A stretch of DNA of 64,000 nucleotides from Octopus sinensis (Eukaryota): assembly GCF_006345805.1 (NCBI RefSeq), contig NC_042998.1, forward strand, positions 44,950,001 through 45,014,000. The letters are read 5' to 3'. The notes beneath the pieces are model-generated. The model made no database searches. It had not been told where the DNA came from and saw only the letters and a list, made by a program, of their open reading frames with translations. Below, in pieces: positions 38,303 through 52,404 of the stretch. Both the position numbers and the translations under genes were made by a program. The stretch's first letter is position 1. Each line of letters opens with the position of its first letter.

Positions 38303-39704
38303 TACTCTTAGCTAAAACCTCTACTGACTTAACTACGTCTACTCTCAAATCCCTTAACTATTTGGTGATAGCTTTCACTGTACCGTACAGATCACTTCTG
38401 ATTTAAGTAATAAAAGGCGTCGTTCTTTCTTTCTCTTTTTAGCTTCCATTGTTATTTTCTCAAGTATTATGTTTCTTGTACGCTAATTAATTTAACTTGC
38501 TCTTACGGTTAATTTATAATATTTTAAGTGCAAATAATTCAGTCTTTAGTTATTCTAATTCTTTATACAATAGCTTCCCACCTATTCTATTCATACATCG
38601 ATTTGTTCTTACAAGAATAAACCTGACTAGTTAACGAAGGACAAGAAAAAATTGATAACATTTTATTATATTACCAATGCAGTAACAAAAACGAATAAAA
38701 AGAAAATCTGGTTTCTGTGACGCGTCAGTGCTCACAAGCCACTAGCTCCATTACCACTTACTAGTGAGCTGAGGAAACTCCCTACCAATGAGGAAACGTT
38801 TACGTAGCCGTTCGATCTGCTAGAAATAGCAACCAAATCTCGTCCAAATTCCATGCACCTGTCATAGAAATAAAAATAAAACAAGAGCAAAACCATTTTG
38901 GATAAAGTAGTCCGAGATTATTTTTAAGTGTTTTGTAGGATAATATTGGAGGTTTAAGCAAGGACTTATTAATGAAACGTTCCTATGGACATCCTAACAT
39001 GGATATACACGGGTCGGACGTGTAGCACCTTTCATTGACCAATTCTGTGCGCACTTGAGTGTGTTGTCGTACTAATCACTCGAACGTTACAATGCTATGC
39101 GTGGTTGAGTCTGGTAAATTCAAACAAGTGCAGTCAGATGAGTTCCACACTATGTCTGCAGCGAGGAAGAGGCAGACCGGGACGGTCACGGTTTGAATGA
39201 CTTTAGTCAGACGTTTGGCTGCTCAATCAGCACTGATCTATGACTAGACAACAAAATAGACAACCATAGGAATATTAACACCAATCACAATCATTCGTTT
39301 GCTATTGCTATAACAATGAAAATAACACAAAATAGTTCGTTTGGTAAACAACTTGTTATACAATCAAAAGTAATTTGACTCATTATTAACCTTATAAGAT
39401 TTTTAAAAACGTCGTGAGATATAAAATAAATCGTTTTTGACGGTAGAATCCCAAATAAATAAAGCTATAATAGCGTACAAAATATTGGGCTTAAAAACCA
39501 CTTGGATAGAAAAGAGAAATCGAAGGTTGCCTTCAGAACTCGAACCCTCATTTTCAGTGAACATGATAGATGCACTACTTGGAAATTTTGTCATCTATTT
39601 CAGAAGCTTTGCTTATACGAACGAGAGGGTATGTTGCTTACATCATTAGCATTTTATGATAGGAGCAAAGTTTCTAAAATGAATTAAAAGAAACTCGGAG
39701 TTTT

Positions 39705-39771
39705 GCTCTGATATAATGGTAGCACATCTGTCAAGTTCACAGGAGATATGAGTTCGAATCTCGCGGATAGT
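39705..39771 (+). pseudogene. tRNA-like relic (tRNA-Gln-like pseudogene or SINE head)
   Basis: A-box-like tgatataatggtagcac, T arm gag-TTCGAAT-ctc and a downstream T run. The acceptor stem and anticodon loop are non-canonical. Confidence 0.4.
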
Positions 39772-40020
39772 ATTCGAATTTTTTCCTCCAATAGCTTTTT
39801 GGATTTTTTTTTTTTAACCGATATTCTACATACTATTATTTTTAGCTTTATTTACTTCAAGTAACACTGTTAAAAAAAGTATATATATATTAACCAAACA
39901 ATTTATTCCACAATAGAATTGATCCCAAAATGAATGCCTTGTGTTAATCTTATTAACACACACATACACACACGCACGCACGCACACACACACACACACA
40001 CACCACACACACACACACAC

Positions 40021-40091
<71 letters not shown>

Positions 40092-40149
40092 CCGAACTAT
40101 TAATCAAAGGGTTTATAGATTAGAAGAAAGAAAACGCTCTCTGTAGATG

Positions 40150-40575
40150 ATGCAGGTATAGCTGAGTGTTTAAGAAGTTAGCTTCATAACCATATGTTTC
40201 CAGGTTCGATCTATTTGTTCGGTAACTTGGGTAGGTGTCTTTCTACTAAACTGCAGATTGGCCAATGTTTCGTGGGGTAAATTTGGTAGTAGACGTAACT
40301 GTACGAAAACCTGTCCATATATATGCGAGTTTATGTATACATAAATACATATGTGTATGTATTTATGTATGAGTACATACACATATATGTACGTGTGTGT
40401 TTGTGTACCGGTGTGAATCGGCACAGCATCTTTTTATGACAAGCAGTAAGTTGGCCATTCGATAAATGAAGATCGATAAAATATGAATGAGACGAATAAT
40501 TTCTGGGGCCGATATTGTCGATATTGAAAGCCTTGAAGGTGGTGTCCCCAATCCAATGACTGAAACCAATTAAAT
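40150..40575 (+). mobile_element. Highly diverged SINE module A
   Basis: Recognisable head, body and aatgactgaaacc tail, with an internal TA/TG tract. Confidence 0.55.
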
Positions 40576-41264
40576 AATATGTGATCAGAACTTGAATGGA
40601 TTTTTTTTCTTTTTTTTTTTTTTTTTTTGCACAACCAATTATTAAACCTATTAATATCTGGCATAGGTGTTACTGCAATGAAACTGTGAATGAGAGGGTA
40701 TTTCTATAACATCTAGTGTTTCGTGCATACAAATAACTTGAAACCGTAAAGACAAAAAAAGAACCCCGGAAAACAAAACTATAAAAATCAATAACTTTAT
40801 AGTTTGTGATCATTAGTAATAATTGCAATAATTATATTTTGTAATCATTAGTAATCATTAATTAGAATTAAAATGAAATTGGACACTTCCTAGCATCAGT
40901 AGTTTCTGAGATGCTGTAGCAGATTCTTAAGTTGTTAAACAAGTAAACAAACGAGACAAAAACAGTGGCATCTAACGATTTTTTTTTGTTTCTTTTTATT
41001 TCTCTTAACTTAAAATTGGGTATGTTTGATCGGAGCGAGTATAGGGTCAGGATATATTATGATTCTTATCCTGTTTGTTGGTAATCGGGTTATAGGTGAG
41101 CTTGGTCCGTTGAGACAGGATAAACATCATTTGGAATCTTTATCAATCTTTGACATGTAACCGCCATTATCTTTGTATTGTTCATATTGATTTGATGTTG
41201 TTGCTTTTTAATGCCTCAAAGTTAAGGATGAGGAGTAAAATAGTCAATTATATTAACCTTAGTA

Positions 41265-41878
41265 ATTAACTTTATTTCGTCGTCCTCGAAATGATAAAAG
41301 GTATAATTGACCTCGGCTGGATTTGAAAATCAGAATGTAAAATACCGGAACTAAATACAGTAAGACATTGTGTCTGACGTTCTAACGATTATACCGACCC
41401 GTTCTAACAACGTTCTAACGATTGTTGCGAATATTGTTTCTTAATAAACGTAAGAATTAAGGCGATGGCCTGACAGAATCATTAGCACGCCGGAAAAGAT
41501 GTTTAGCGGCATTTCAAATTCTGAGTTAAAATTCCACCGAGGTCGACTTTGCTTTTCATCCTTCCGGGGTCGATAAAATAAGTACCAATTGAGCACTGGG
41601 GTGGATGTAATCGACTTATCCCCCTCCTCCGAAAATTGTTGGCATTGTGCCAAAATTTGAAACCAATATCGGTAGGAATTAAGGCGGCGAGCTGGCAAAA
41701 TAGCTAACATGCCTGGAAAAATTCTTAGCGGCATTTCGTCCGTTTTTACGTTCTACGTTCAAATTCCGCCGGGGTCGACTTTGTCTTTCATCCTTTCGGG
41801 GTCGATAAAATACTGGAGTCGAATTAATCGACTTAGCCCCAATCACGAAACGGCTAGCCTTGTGCCAAAATTTGAAAG
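41265..41878. mobile_element. Cluster of SINE B copies: minus fragment (41265-41400) and plus copies (41461-41664, 41683-41878)
   Basis: B core motifs in each copy; both plus copies are preceded by gaattaa. Confidence 0.8.
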
Positions 41879-42069
41879 CAATGTCGGGTACGAATTTACA
41901 ATCGATAAAACCGCTTTTATTTTGTCGAACCCAGAAGAGTGAAAGACAAGGTCAATGACTGCGTAACTTGAACTCAGATAGTAAATAGACGTAACTGAAT
42001 GTCACAGGTACTTTGTGTACCATATTACTGATGTTGCCATCAACTGTTTTCGTTATTATTGGTTTTAGA

Positions 42070-42325
42070 CCCTTAAATGGCGGGAAAGGGTTACAGGAAT
42101 GTGTGTGCCAAACGGACAAAAAACAAAAAAGTATATCTCTTTCCTTAAAGGTCATTTTTATACTTATTTTCACTTTAAATAAATGCAAAAACTATAACAA
42201 TTCTTAATCTCTCGCACAAAAAAAATATTGCGAAAATTCACGTAAGATATTCACTTTCCTTTGATAATGGCTGTGTCCATGTAAAAGTTTTGAAACATTA
42301 ATTGATAGTGTCTGCCATTTAAGGG
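42070..42325. mobile_element. piggyBac-like MITE (256 bp)
   Basis: TIRs CCCTTAAATGGC(G/A)G match at 13/14 with CCC/GGG ends. TTAA on the right (42326-42329); the left flank reads TAGA. Confidence 0.5.
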
Positions 42326-42447
42326 TTAACATACGTAAACTCTGGCATCATTTACAAATTCCCGGGATTTAAACTCAAAATATACGAAGATGTACCTAAC
42401 TACTGCGAAGTAGTTAGACAAACAGGCTACCGAACTTGTCAATAATT

Positions 42448-42760
42448 CTTTTTTTTATGCGCCCTTTTCAAGCCTAGCCAGACTCATGGGCCCGGTTTCC
42501 CGGATTCTGTGGCGTATGTGTTCCCCCCCAGCTGGACGGAACGCCAGTCCATCGCAGCGTTACTCAAGATACAGGAAGAAAGAGTGAGAGAAAGTTGGGG
42601 CGAAAGAGTACAACAAGGGTCGCCACCCCCCCCTGTCGGAACCTCTTGGAGCTTTAGGTGTTTTCGCTCAATAAACACACATAACGCCCGATTTGGAATC
42701 GAAACCGTAATCCTCCGACCGCGAGTCCGCTGCCCTAACCACTGAGTCATTGCGCCTCTA
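42448..42760 (-). mobile_element. SINE module C, full length, with A tail and TSD
   Basis: 10-bp direct repeat GTCAATAATT at 42438-42447 and 42761-42770; the T run at 42449-42456 is the A tail on the minus strand. Confidence 0.9.
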
Positions 42761-43515
42761 GTCAATAATTTTACTAGCATTAACTTCACGCCATCGTATC
42801 ATCAACATTTTCAATATCAAAACACCATACGACTATCATGTCCGCCATGCATATTCATCCTTGTCCTTTATCCGCCATATTTCCAGAAATTATCTCTTCT
42901 GTCTTCTTTCCCTGTTTTTCCTTGAATAAATAAATTTTAAAATTGTTAATGGGATGCGTGGTAGCCTAAGACTTTAGCGTCATACGCCTAATTATCATCT
43001 AATTGCTTAGCTTTAGAGCTTAGCACCAGCTTTGTGTGGGTTTTGTTTTTAACGCCAACTCGTGGAATCAATAGATATGTTTCTATGTTATTAAACTTCC
43101 TCGACAAAGCAAATTCTTCTAAAATGGTAAGACTTCTGATGTGATCGTGAAAATACCCTCGATGTAGGCATGAATGTCACAAACTCCACCTATATTCCTA
43201 AAAAAATTCTTAATTCAAATCTACATATGAAATAACTACTACCACGACTACTACTACTACTACTACACTACTACTACTACTGCTGCTGCTGCTGCTATTG
43301 CTACTACTACTACTACTGCTACTACTGTTACTACTACTACTATTACTACTACTTCCACTACTACTACTGCTACTACAAAAATGCTTGGTCAAAGACTGCA
43401 AGAGGTTCAATATTTAGTATTCATTTATTTTAAATCAAATTCTAACATACACACAAACTCACTCTTCTCTCTCACTCTCCATTTCTGGTTTTCCTTCTCA
43501 CCCCCTTTCTCCCCT

Positions 43516-43569
<54 letters not shown>

Positions 43570-43928
43570 ACTTTCGCACTGGGTTTTTTTTTTCACTTTG
43601 AAGGTTATCTCTGGTACATTTTGTAATTAAATTTCATACTATTTATAATATAAATTAGTACCGGGATAAATATTAAAAGATCAATTCAATCGATCCAAAT
43701 ATTTCATTCAGCTCAAACCCACCCGCCCCACCCCCAACACTAACCAACTCCACTACCCCATCTCACCACGCCCTACAAATTTGTGGCCTGATGCCAAAGT
43801 TTGAATTTGTTTTGTAAATATATCTGTATGTTTGACTAGCGATCTATCTCATCATTCATTGGTCTGATCTGTCTTTATTATCTTTTTGCTCGACTTATTC
43901 TTTTCTCTTGTATCTCCCCCTCTCTCTC

Positions 43929-43967
<39 letters not shown>

Positions 43968-44104
43968 ATAACACGTGTGTATTTAATATATTATATGTTA
44001 TATTTTATTACATTATAAGTATATTCACTCACAGTCACACGCATAAACATACATACATTTCTGTTTCCTTAAATACACACACATACACGTGTGTGTATGC
44101 ATTG

Positions 44105-44180
<76 letters not shown>

Positions 44181-44337
44181 GATGGATTGATAGATGGATA
44201 GATAGATAGATGGATAGATAGATGCATGTCGGTGTATAATATATTTGTGTGCTCATGAGTGTATACGTTTATGTGTGTATGTATATTTGCGTTTGTGTGA
44301 ATGTGCGTGTGTACGTGTGTATGTGTGTGTTCGTGCG

Positions 44338-44375
<38 letters not shown>

Positions 44376-45090
44376 GGATAACGCTCTAACACTTTTTAAA
44401 CTCAACTCTGTATATTGATTGCCAGGACAATGTCAGTAACAAAGAAGAAACCAAAGAAAAGTGTATGCATTTGTGTATGCATGTGTGTGTGTGTGTATGT
44501 GTGCGTGTGGGTACGTGCTTGTGTCTCTGTGTTTGTGCATTTATGTGTGTAGATATATGTATGTGTGCGTGCATATGAGTTTCTTAGGCATGGCGCCATT
44601 TCTTTTTTCTTTTCAAAATGGACATATATTCGATAGAACTAACTCCAATATCTACCTCGAATGTCTCATACTGCAACCGAAATGTTGGATTGTAACCAAT
44701 CATTTTTACGCTAGTATAGTACTTGTAATGGACTAAAGATCAAAATTCTTTCCTCTGCGCTCATTGCGAACTTCTGTTTGTGAATCATTTAATTTGTTTT
44801 TGAAGTTTGTTATTTTATTTTGGTTTAGTGTGTAAAAGGAACTTCAATAAACTCGTGGCCTGGTCTGGTCTGTTCTGTTCTAATATGGTATGGTATGGTA
44901 TCGTATAGTATGGTGTAGTTTGGAATGGCATGGTGTGATGGCTTGAAAATAAATTTGTGAAACTATGACATGAGTGCAGACAGGGCCGTATGATTAAGAA
45001 GTTCAGTTCGCAATCATCTGGTTTCTAGTTCGATTCTTTTAGAAAATAAGTGTTTTCTACAAAATTAATGAACTTAGTAGGCAGAACTCG

Positions 45091-45129
<39 letters not shown>

Positions 45130-45130
45130 A

Positions 45131-45366
45131 ATCGCGTGATCACGTGACTGACCAGACTATTAGATGCTGTTACACATCGCTGGTCACAATGCCCTTTGCA
45201 TTGTTTTAGTCATCAAATGACGCCACTCCGCTGGCTAGGCGAGCAGGCCAACATTCCCCCTTGATGGAAAGGAGACTGGAACAACGTGAAAGGAAGTGTT
45301 TTGCTCAAGAACATAACGCGCCGCCCGGTCTGGGAATCGAATCCACGATTTACTGATCGTGAGTGA
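45131..45366 (-). mobile_element. Composite SINE: F-like head/body joined to tail D
   Basis: 45131-45253 matches D; 45280-45366 matches the F head (gttcttgagcaaaacactt). Confidence 0.7.
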
Positions 45367-45893
45367 AACAATGCGTTTTATTTTGCCAAGTGAAAGTACT
45401 CAATTAAGTGAATATAAAATTAACTTTTATATTTTTCACACCTAGCGAATCCAGTCAGTTCATGTTCTAATTTAAAAACCACACACCAGACGGGTGAGTT
45501 CATCGTCATCGAACTTGGATGACTCACTCAAATGGTGAACTGTAATTTGTTTTATGTTGGCAGTACAGTTAAAATTAACCTAAAGCCTGTGTCCATTGAA
45601 CAATTTCTTATATTTATGGTTAGTGGAGAATTGCTTTCCTATTAACTCTTAATTTGTTTCATGTTGGTGGTGCAGCTAATACGATACTTAATGAAGAATT
45701 TCTTGTATTTATGTCTGGTAGGAAAGTTCCTGTCATTTAACTATTTCTGTTGTGCCCAAAGAAGTTCACACGTTGAGTAAAGCAAGAGTAAGAATCAGAC
45801 AAATCTGATGATAATGAACTGACTAAACTTTTGTGGGTCTGAAAGTATAAGTAACGTGAACTGACTAGATTCTATACGTGTGTGTGTGTGTGT

Positions 45894-45963
<70 letters not shown>

Positions 45964-46006
45964 TGTGTATGTATCTATGTATCTATGTATGCAAGTATGT
46001 ATATCA

Positions 46007-46260
46007 TTGGTGGGATGGCAGAATCAGGCCATCGAGCGAAAATACACCGTGGTATTAGGTTGTGTCCCTTTACGTTCTGGCTATGTATCTTTACACCATG
46101 ATCGACATTTGCATTTCCTCTCTGCCGATGTCGATAAAATAAATATCTAAGAAAGTAAGGGATATGATACCAACATAATTGAAGTAAAGCCTTCAAAGGC
46201 TGAACTCCAACGTGGCCGAAGTTCAATGGCTGAAACGAATGAAAGAATAAAAGAATTGGC
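46007..46260 (+). mobile_element. Diverged SINE with a B-type head/core and an A-type tail
   Basis: ggcagaatc...tacgttctg...gtcgataaaataa followed by ...tggccgaagttcaatggctgaaacgaatgaaagaataaaag. Confidence 0.55.
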
Positions 46261-47892
46261 AAAGGATTTAACAAAATATTATCCTGCCGTGAAGGGTGAT
46301 ATATCAAGATGGCGGCTGCGAAGACAACGTTAAATGTAGTGAAAAGCAGTAATTCAACTTAATGTAACAAGTGTTAAGAAGAAAAATCCAGTAACTTACA
46401 AAATGTCGATAGAGGAAAATGCGCAAACTACCACTTTTGACATATAAATATTGTGTCAATAGTAATGCAAATATTGTAGTGAGCCAAAAATGTGAATAAT
46501 TTACAAAACAATGTAATTGTATGTTCCAAAGTCAGATATGGGGAAGAAAAGGAAATGAAAACAGACTATAAATCAAAACGTATCGGAAAGATTTCGTTGA
46601 ATATTAATTTCCGACACTGGCATGTGGCCATGAATTTTTAGGGTAAAGGAGAAAGGGCATAGTCTGTTGAATCGCTTCCAGCACATGCCTGGAGTTTATT
46701 TTGCTGGTTCTTTTGGGATGAAAAGCGAGGTTAACCGCAGAGAAATATGCATTAAAAAAAACAAGGGAGGAAACTAAATACGTACAACGTAAGATAGTAT
46801 CTGCCATTTTAGCGCCCTTAAAATTCGATTGAACTCAATTAAACACTGATGTTTTTTTTCTTTTTAAAAAAGAAAAAGAAAGAAATATTGGTTTTGTTTG
46901 ATTCTTTTGTTGCCGCATAGAACTGAAATAAGATTTTTGAGGTATACATTGCTTTTCCAAAGATATTTTTAGTGAAATGAAATAGTTTTAACTGATAATA
47001 GAAGCTCCCAGGGTTTTACAATATGCTCGTTGGAGCTCAGCAGTAAAACCAGCAATATTGTGCTAGAGAAACATATAGTCCGTAATGTTTTAAAAAATCT
47101 TAAAACAAGTGCTAAAAGGAAAAGATGATACCTTATTATCAGAAATCCTTAAGGGAAATGAAGAAGGCCAATAAATTATAACGAAAGAAAAAAAAACGAG
47201 AAACGATAATACAGAAGGTAATAAATTAGAGTTTGAAAAAACTAGAGATTGTTTGTGATGTTAAGCTGGAATCTCATAACACTAACGATAAGTTCCGGTG
47301 AAAAAGATAATTGATATAATCATTAAAATAAAAATCATTTCGTTGTACTGTGATATGCGAGTTTGAATGTTTCGGGGGATTCTTCACAAACAGGAATCTT
47401 CCCTGAAAGGAACCTTCTTGGAAGAAATATATTTATTCAAAGAAGGTACCTGTACAGGAAGAAGAAAGAGGTCTCTCTTCGTAACATCAGAAATTGTTTC
47501 TCTTCTTCCATACGTACTTACTTTCTTACAAGATTTTATTTTCTTACCGGGCGGTAATACCTTACTACTTAATTATTAATAAAATGCATTAATATGAAAG
47601 CTTTTTTTTTTTTTTTTTTATGTGAAATTTAAATAATCTGAAGCGAGAAAAGGCAACAGGTATTATGGTTAACAACACGATACGAACATAAAATAAAACC
47701 CCTTATCAGAAATAGGAAGATATGAGGAAGTCAATAAAACACAAATCCATCTAAATTACTATGGAGAATATATAACAAGTCCTGATGATAGCTTTAATGA
47801 CGACTTTAATGTCAATAATGGTTGGTAAAGAGAAAATAATTGAGGGATTACATAAAAAAAAAGGAAATGAAATCAACAAATAGGACGTATTA

Positions 47893-47949
<57 letters not shown>

Positions 47950-49782
47950 CTTTTGTTATGAACAGAAATTATTTTCCATGTATCACATGGCAAATATGAA
48001 GTTGATGACTTGGGATAAATAAAAATAAAAATAAATAGAATGTGGAAGTACAGCAAAGCACAATAAATAAGATGGTAATAAAACAAACTGAAGCAGTATA
48101 TGAAGGAAATTAACATATAAGAAAACAGGTTTAAGAGTTCTGTTTATTATTTTACTGATGCCAGGTAGAAAAGGTTAATATAACATTTCAAATAAAAATC
48201 TGAAGGTAAAAACGTTTTAAAAATCTGCGAAAAAATCTCGCTCGATTTGTTGAGAGAAACCAAAATGAAAATTATTTGCAATAAAAAAAAATTACAGTGA
48301 ATTTAGCAATAACAGAAAAATAACAAGACAAAGTTTAAATAAAATCCAGGACATTATGAAATTTGAAAGTTATGGCAGGAAATGCCAAACAGAGGAGAAC
48401 GAAAGCAATGGCTACGACTCATTCACTCCAGCGTTCTACTGTCATGACAATTTTCCATCGCTTTGCTTTCAAGAATATTTTATTGGCTTCTTTTTCACTA
48501 CAAAACAGAAAAGAAACAATCTTTTACTTGACGATGACGTCAGGTTTGAAGTATAGTTCTACCTGAGGGAAATAATAATTGGATAAAAAGTCAGATACCA
48601 AAATGCAATAGATTCACTGACACAATGGTCTGGACAAGAAATAAAGAAGCTGATGACGTTGTAAAAGAAATAAGAAAAGATAAACCAACTATAACCGCAT
48701 GTTGTGAAATGGCAAAAGACAAAATTAAATACGTAATTAAACAAAGATACTTTAAAAAACAAAACTAAAAGCTGAAAAGTGGGGGGAATGTTAACATCAG
48801 TGGTAGATATGAAAAGTTATTCACTTAATCCTGAAAATCTTGACTTTTCATTTAGCTAATGTGAACAGAAAGAAAATAGGAATGCAGGAAGTAGTTGACC
48901 TATGTGATAAATTAAACGAAAATTATGATATATACCAGATGGTGTATCCAAAGCTACGAAAGGTCTAAAGCGGAACGATCATTCGTAGAAGGCACTCAAC
49001 TAAAAGTTTCTGCGATAAGAGCCATTGGTATCAGAGCATCTGACGTACTGTGTTTTTATGAGTGTTGTTTATCGCTGGAAAGCATGAACAATAATCTCTA
49101 ATAGTGTGAAGGATGCAATATAATACCACTTGTTTACTGATATATTAATGGATTTATGTGTTGTGTGTGCAGTAGTCAAGTAGTCTAAAAGGAAAACCAT
49201 AATAGGAAGTTACTGTAGCATGAATAATTTCGACAATCAATTTAGTATTGAGTGGCTGTATGAATGGATAGGTGTAACTTTTTATAATATACTCTGAAAA
49301 TGATTCAACGCGCATCAGGAAAACACCAATTCAAACTCCATCCCTCTCTCATTCAATGTATACCCTACACCAATTATGAAATACGTTTCTTCTCATGGGA
49401 ATAATATTTAATAAGAATGTCTCCCACAGAGCTTATCCCTAGCAGGACTCATTCACTCAGTGCTGCTGCTTTGTTCTATATTCAGTTCTTCAAGAATACA
49501 AATGTGATGTGCATATCTGTACGCGTAAGTGTGGTAGGCCTTCGTCTGTTGAGGTCGACCATGGGCCCTATGCGTGAGTCGCATTAGGGTTGGTGTCGCA
49601 AATAATATAATGGTGTAGCGAATAAAGTAATAGTAAAAGTAAAGTAATTATATTAATGTGAATATATGCAAGCATATATGTGTAAGCATGTATGTGTTAG
49701 CATGCACGTATGTCATTAGTCAGTCTCATTTCAAGAGTTCTTGCCATATAAGGCTCCTTCATTGGAATTTCAAGATCAACGG

Positions 49783-49970
49783 TATGTATGTATGTATGTA
49801 TGTATGTATGTATGTATGTATGTATGTATGTATGTATGTACGTACGTACCTATGTATGTATGTATGTATGTATGTATGTATGTATGTATGTATGTATGTA
49901 TGTATGTACGTACGTACGTACGTACGTACGTACGTATGTATGTATGTATGTATGTATGTATGTATGTATA
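49783..49970. repeat. (TATG)n/(TACG)n compound microsatellite
   Basis: Directly visible. Confidence 0.95.
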
Positions 49971-50269
49971 TGTACACATTTGTATGTTTTGTTCTATTAT
50001 GTATCTTCATGCATAGACGCGCTCATGTATACTTAAATGATAAACTTCTGGAGAGTTTTACAGATTTTTACAGTTCCAGTGATGGTCTGGATTTGTTTTC
50101 TTCCAATCAACTTTCTCCTTTCTGGTTTTGAGAAGCCTAATTTCGCAAGATTTGTTATTTAGGCAATGTGTTACATAACCTATGGCCCCAATAATTGCAG
50201 GTATAAACCTGAAGTATGTATGTATGTATGTATGTATGTATGTATGTATGTATGTATAGAAATAATCGG

Positions 50270-50585
50270 ACTGAATACCCGATCGCGGGGTTAAACCATT
50301 GGGAGTGAAGGACTCCTAGCCTTTGTTAGGGCATTCTTCTAGGAGAAGGTAACTCAGGTAACTGGGATAACTCCAACATAAAACCTGTGGATCAGTGGTT
50401 ACCGATGATATTGACATGTTCTTCTTTTCGGATTATGACTGATGTTGCTTAGTGAGCGGGATTGACTCAGTGCACAGCCTTTCCTCACTTAAAAAAAAAT
50501 CTTCTTGCAGAAGCATTGCACGATAACAACATTGATTAAGCTTCATGCAATGGCCATACTCGATAACGAGGGGGGCATCCACCAT
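50270..50585 (+). mobile_element. Possible RTE-type LINE 5' leader fragment
   Basis: GC-richer segment between (TATG)n tracts containing aggagaaggtaactc and aaaacc motifs reminiscent of RTE leaders. Confidence 0.3.
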
Positions 50586-51298
50586 GTATGTATGTATGTA
50601 TGTATGTACGTATGTATGTATGTACGTATGTATGTATGTATGTATGTATGTATGTATGTATGTATGTATGTATGTATGTATGTATGTATGTATCGTCTCA
50701 ACAGTCACAGCATTAGCGTGAATAATATCATAATTTGATGAAACGATGAACAACCAACGGGACAGTCTTAGTATAACCGACGGCTAATCCACCTTAGGAG
50801 CAAACGTACAGATATGTGCGAGAGTGTGTGTCTTTATATATATATTTATGTGGGTGTATGTTTGTGTATATCCATATATGTATGTTTAAATGGATATATC
50901 TATATGTATATATTTGTTTAATGTGTGTGTCTATATATGTGTGTGTGTGTGTGTGTGTGCGTGTGTATTATATACACACAAATATATAAATGCACATATA
51001 CATATAGAGAGAAATACATATGTGTATTTATATACATATATATATGTATATATATATATACATATACATACATATATATAATAATAATATTAGGGAGTAT
51101 ATATATATGTATATATATATTCATATATATATATATATATATATTCATACATATATATACACACACACATTCATACATATATATATATACACACACAAGT
51201 GTATATATACATATAAGTATACATATAAAGACATATAACCATACATATAGCAATATGTATATACTTACATACACATACACGCACAAACATACATATAC

Positions 51299-51353
<55 letters not shown>

Positions 51354-51868
51354 ATATAGGCATATAGATGCATATCTAAAGATGTAAATGTATTTGTGTT
51401 TACAAATGTATTTATCTATGCACATACGTATATATGCGTGTGTATGTGTATATGTGTGTGTGTGTATTTGCGTGTGTATAAGCATCGACTAAATCGATAG
51501 ATATAAATATGTTGAGATTTGATGTGAATTGTGGCGTAAAACCGGATGCAACGGTTTACCAGTGACTCAGAAGTGCTTTTCTTAGATTACCAACACAAAT
51601 TTTATCTTATAAGAGATATGTTCATTGGCTGAAACACTAAGTCTGCGTTAGAAAGGTAGAATAAAAAATATATCCGCTAAACAGAATAAATAATATTTTG
51701 TCCAATACTGAAGCATAGTGCTATGTCCAGGAACTTTCCTCGCCTTGTGTTGCCTTTCCATTTGTCTTACTTGTCCAATCTCTGCAAAGCAACAAGAAGT
51801 AGCGGCGGCGCTTAAAATATTGTAGCATTTTTATGAGGTTTTTCGCTTGTCTGTGATTTATTATTATT

Positions 51869-52404
51869 GGCGAGCTGGCAGAGTCGTTAGCACGCTGGAC
51901 GAAAAGCTTAACGTTATTTCGCCCGACGCTACGTTCGGAGTTCAAATTCCGCTGAGGTCAACTTTGCCTTTCATCCTTTCGGGGGTCGATAAATTAAGTT
52001 CCATTTGCGTATTGGGGTCGATCTAATTTCGGGCCTTGTACCTAGAGTAGATAAGAATCGTTAGCACGCCGAGTAAAATTCTTAGCGGTATTTCGTCCGT
52101 CTTCGCGTTCTGAATTCAAATTCCGCTGAGGTCGACCTGGCCTTTCATCCTTTTGGGGGTCAATAAAATTAGTACCAGTTACACACTGAGGTCGATGTAA
52201 TCGACTATCCCCTTCCCCCTAAAACATCAGGCCTTCTGCGACATTTCGTCCATCTTCGCATTCTGAGTTCAAATTCCGCTGAGGTCGACTTTCCTTTTCA
52301 TCCCTTCGGGGTCGATAAAATAATTACCAGCTGACTACTGGAATCGATGTAATTGGCTTATCCCGTCTCCGGAACTTGCTGGCCACGTGCCAAAATTTGA
52401 AATC
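51869..52404 (+). mobile_element. Three tandem SINE B units with progressive 5' truncation
   Basis: Units start at ~51869, 52055 and 52238; all three carry aaattccgctgaggtc. Confidence 0.85.

Noticed and set aside
47380-47475. Minus-strand acceptor tctttcttcttcctgtacag and a downstream exon
   Set aside because: All three phases hit a stop within about 22 codons and no donor follows.
48647-48675. CTGATGA hammerhead core matches (here and at ~47784, ~54693)
   Set aside because: None has a paired stem II followed by GAAA.
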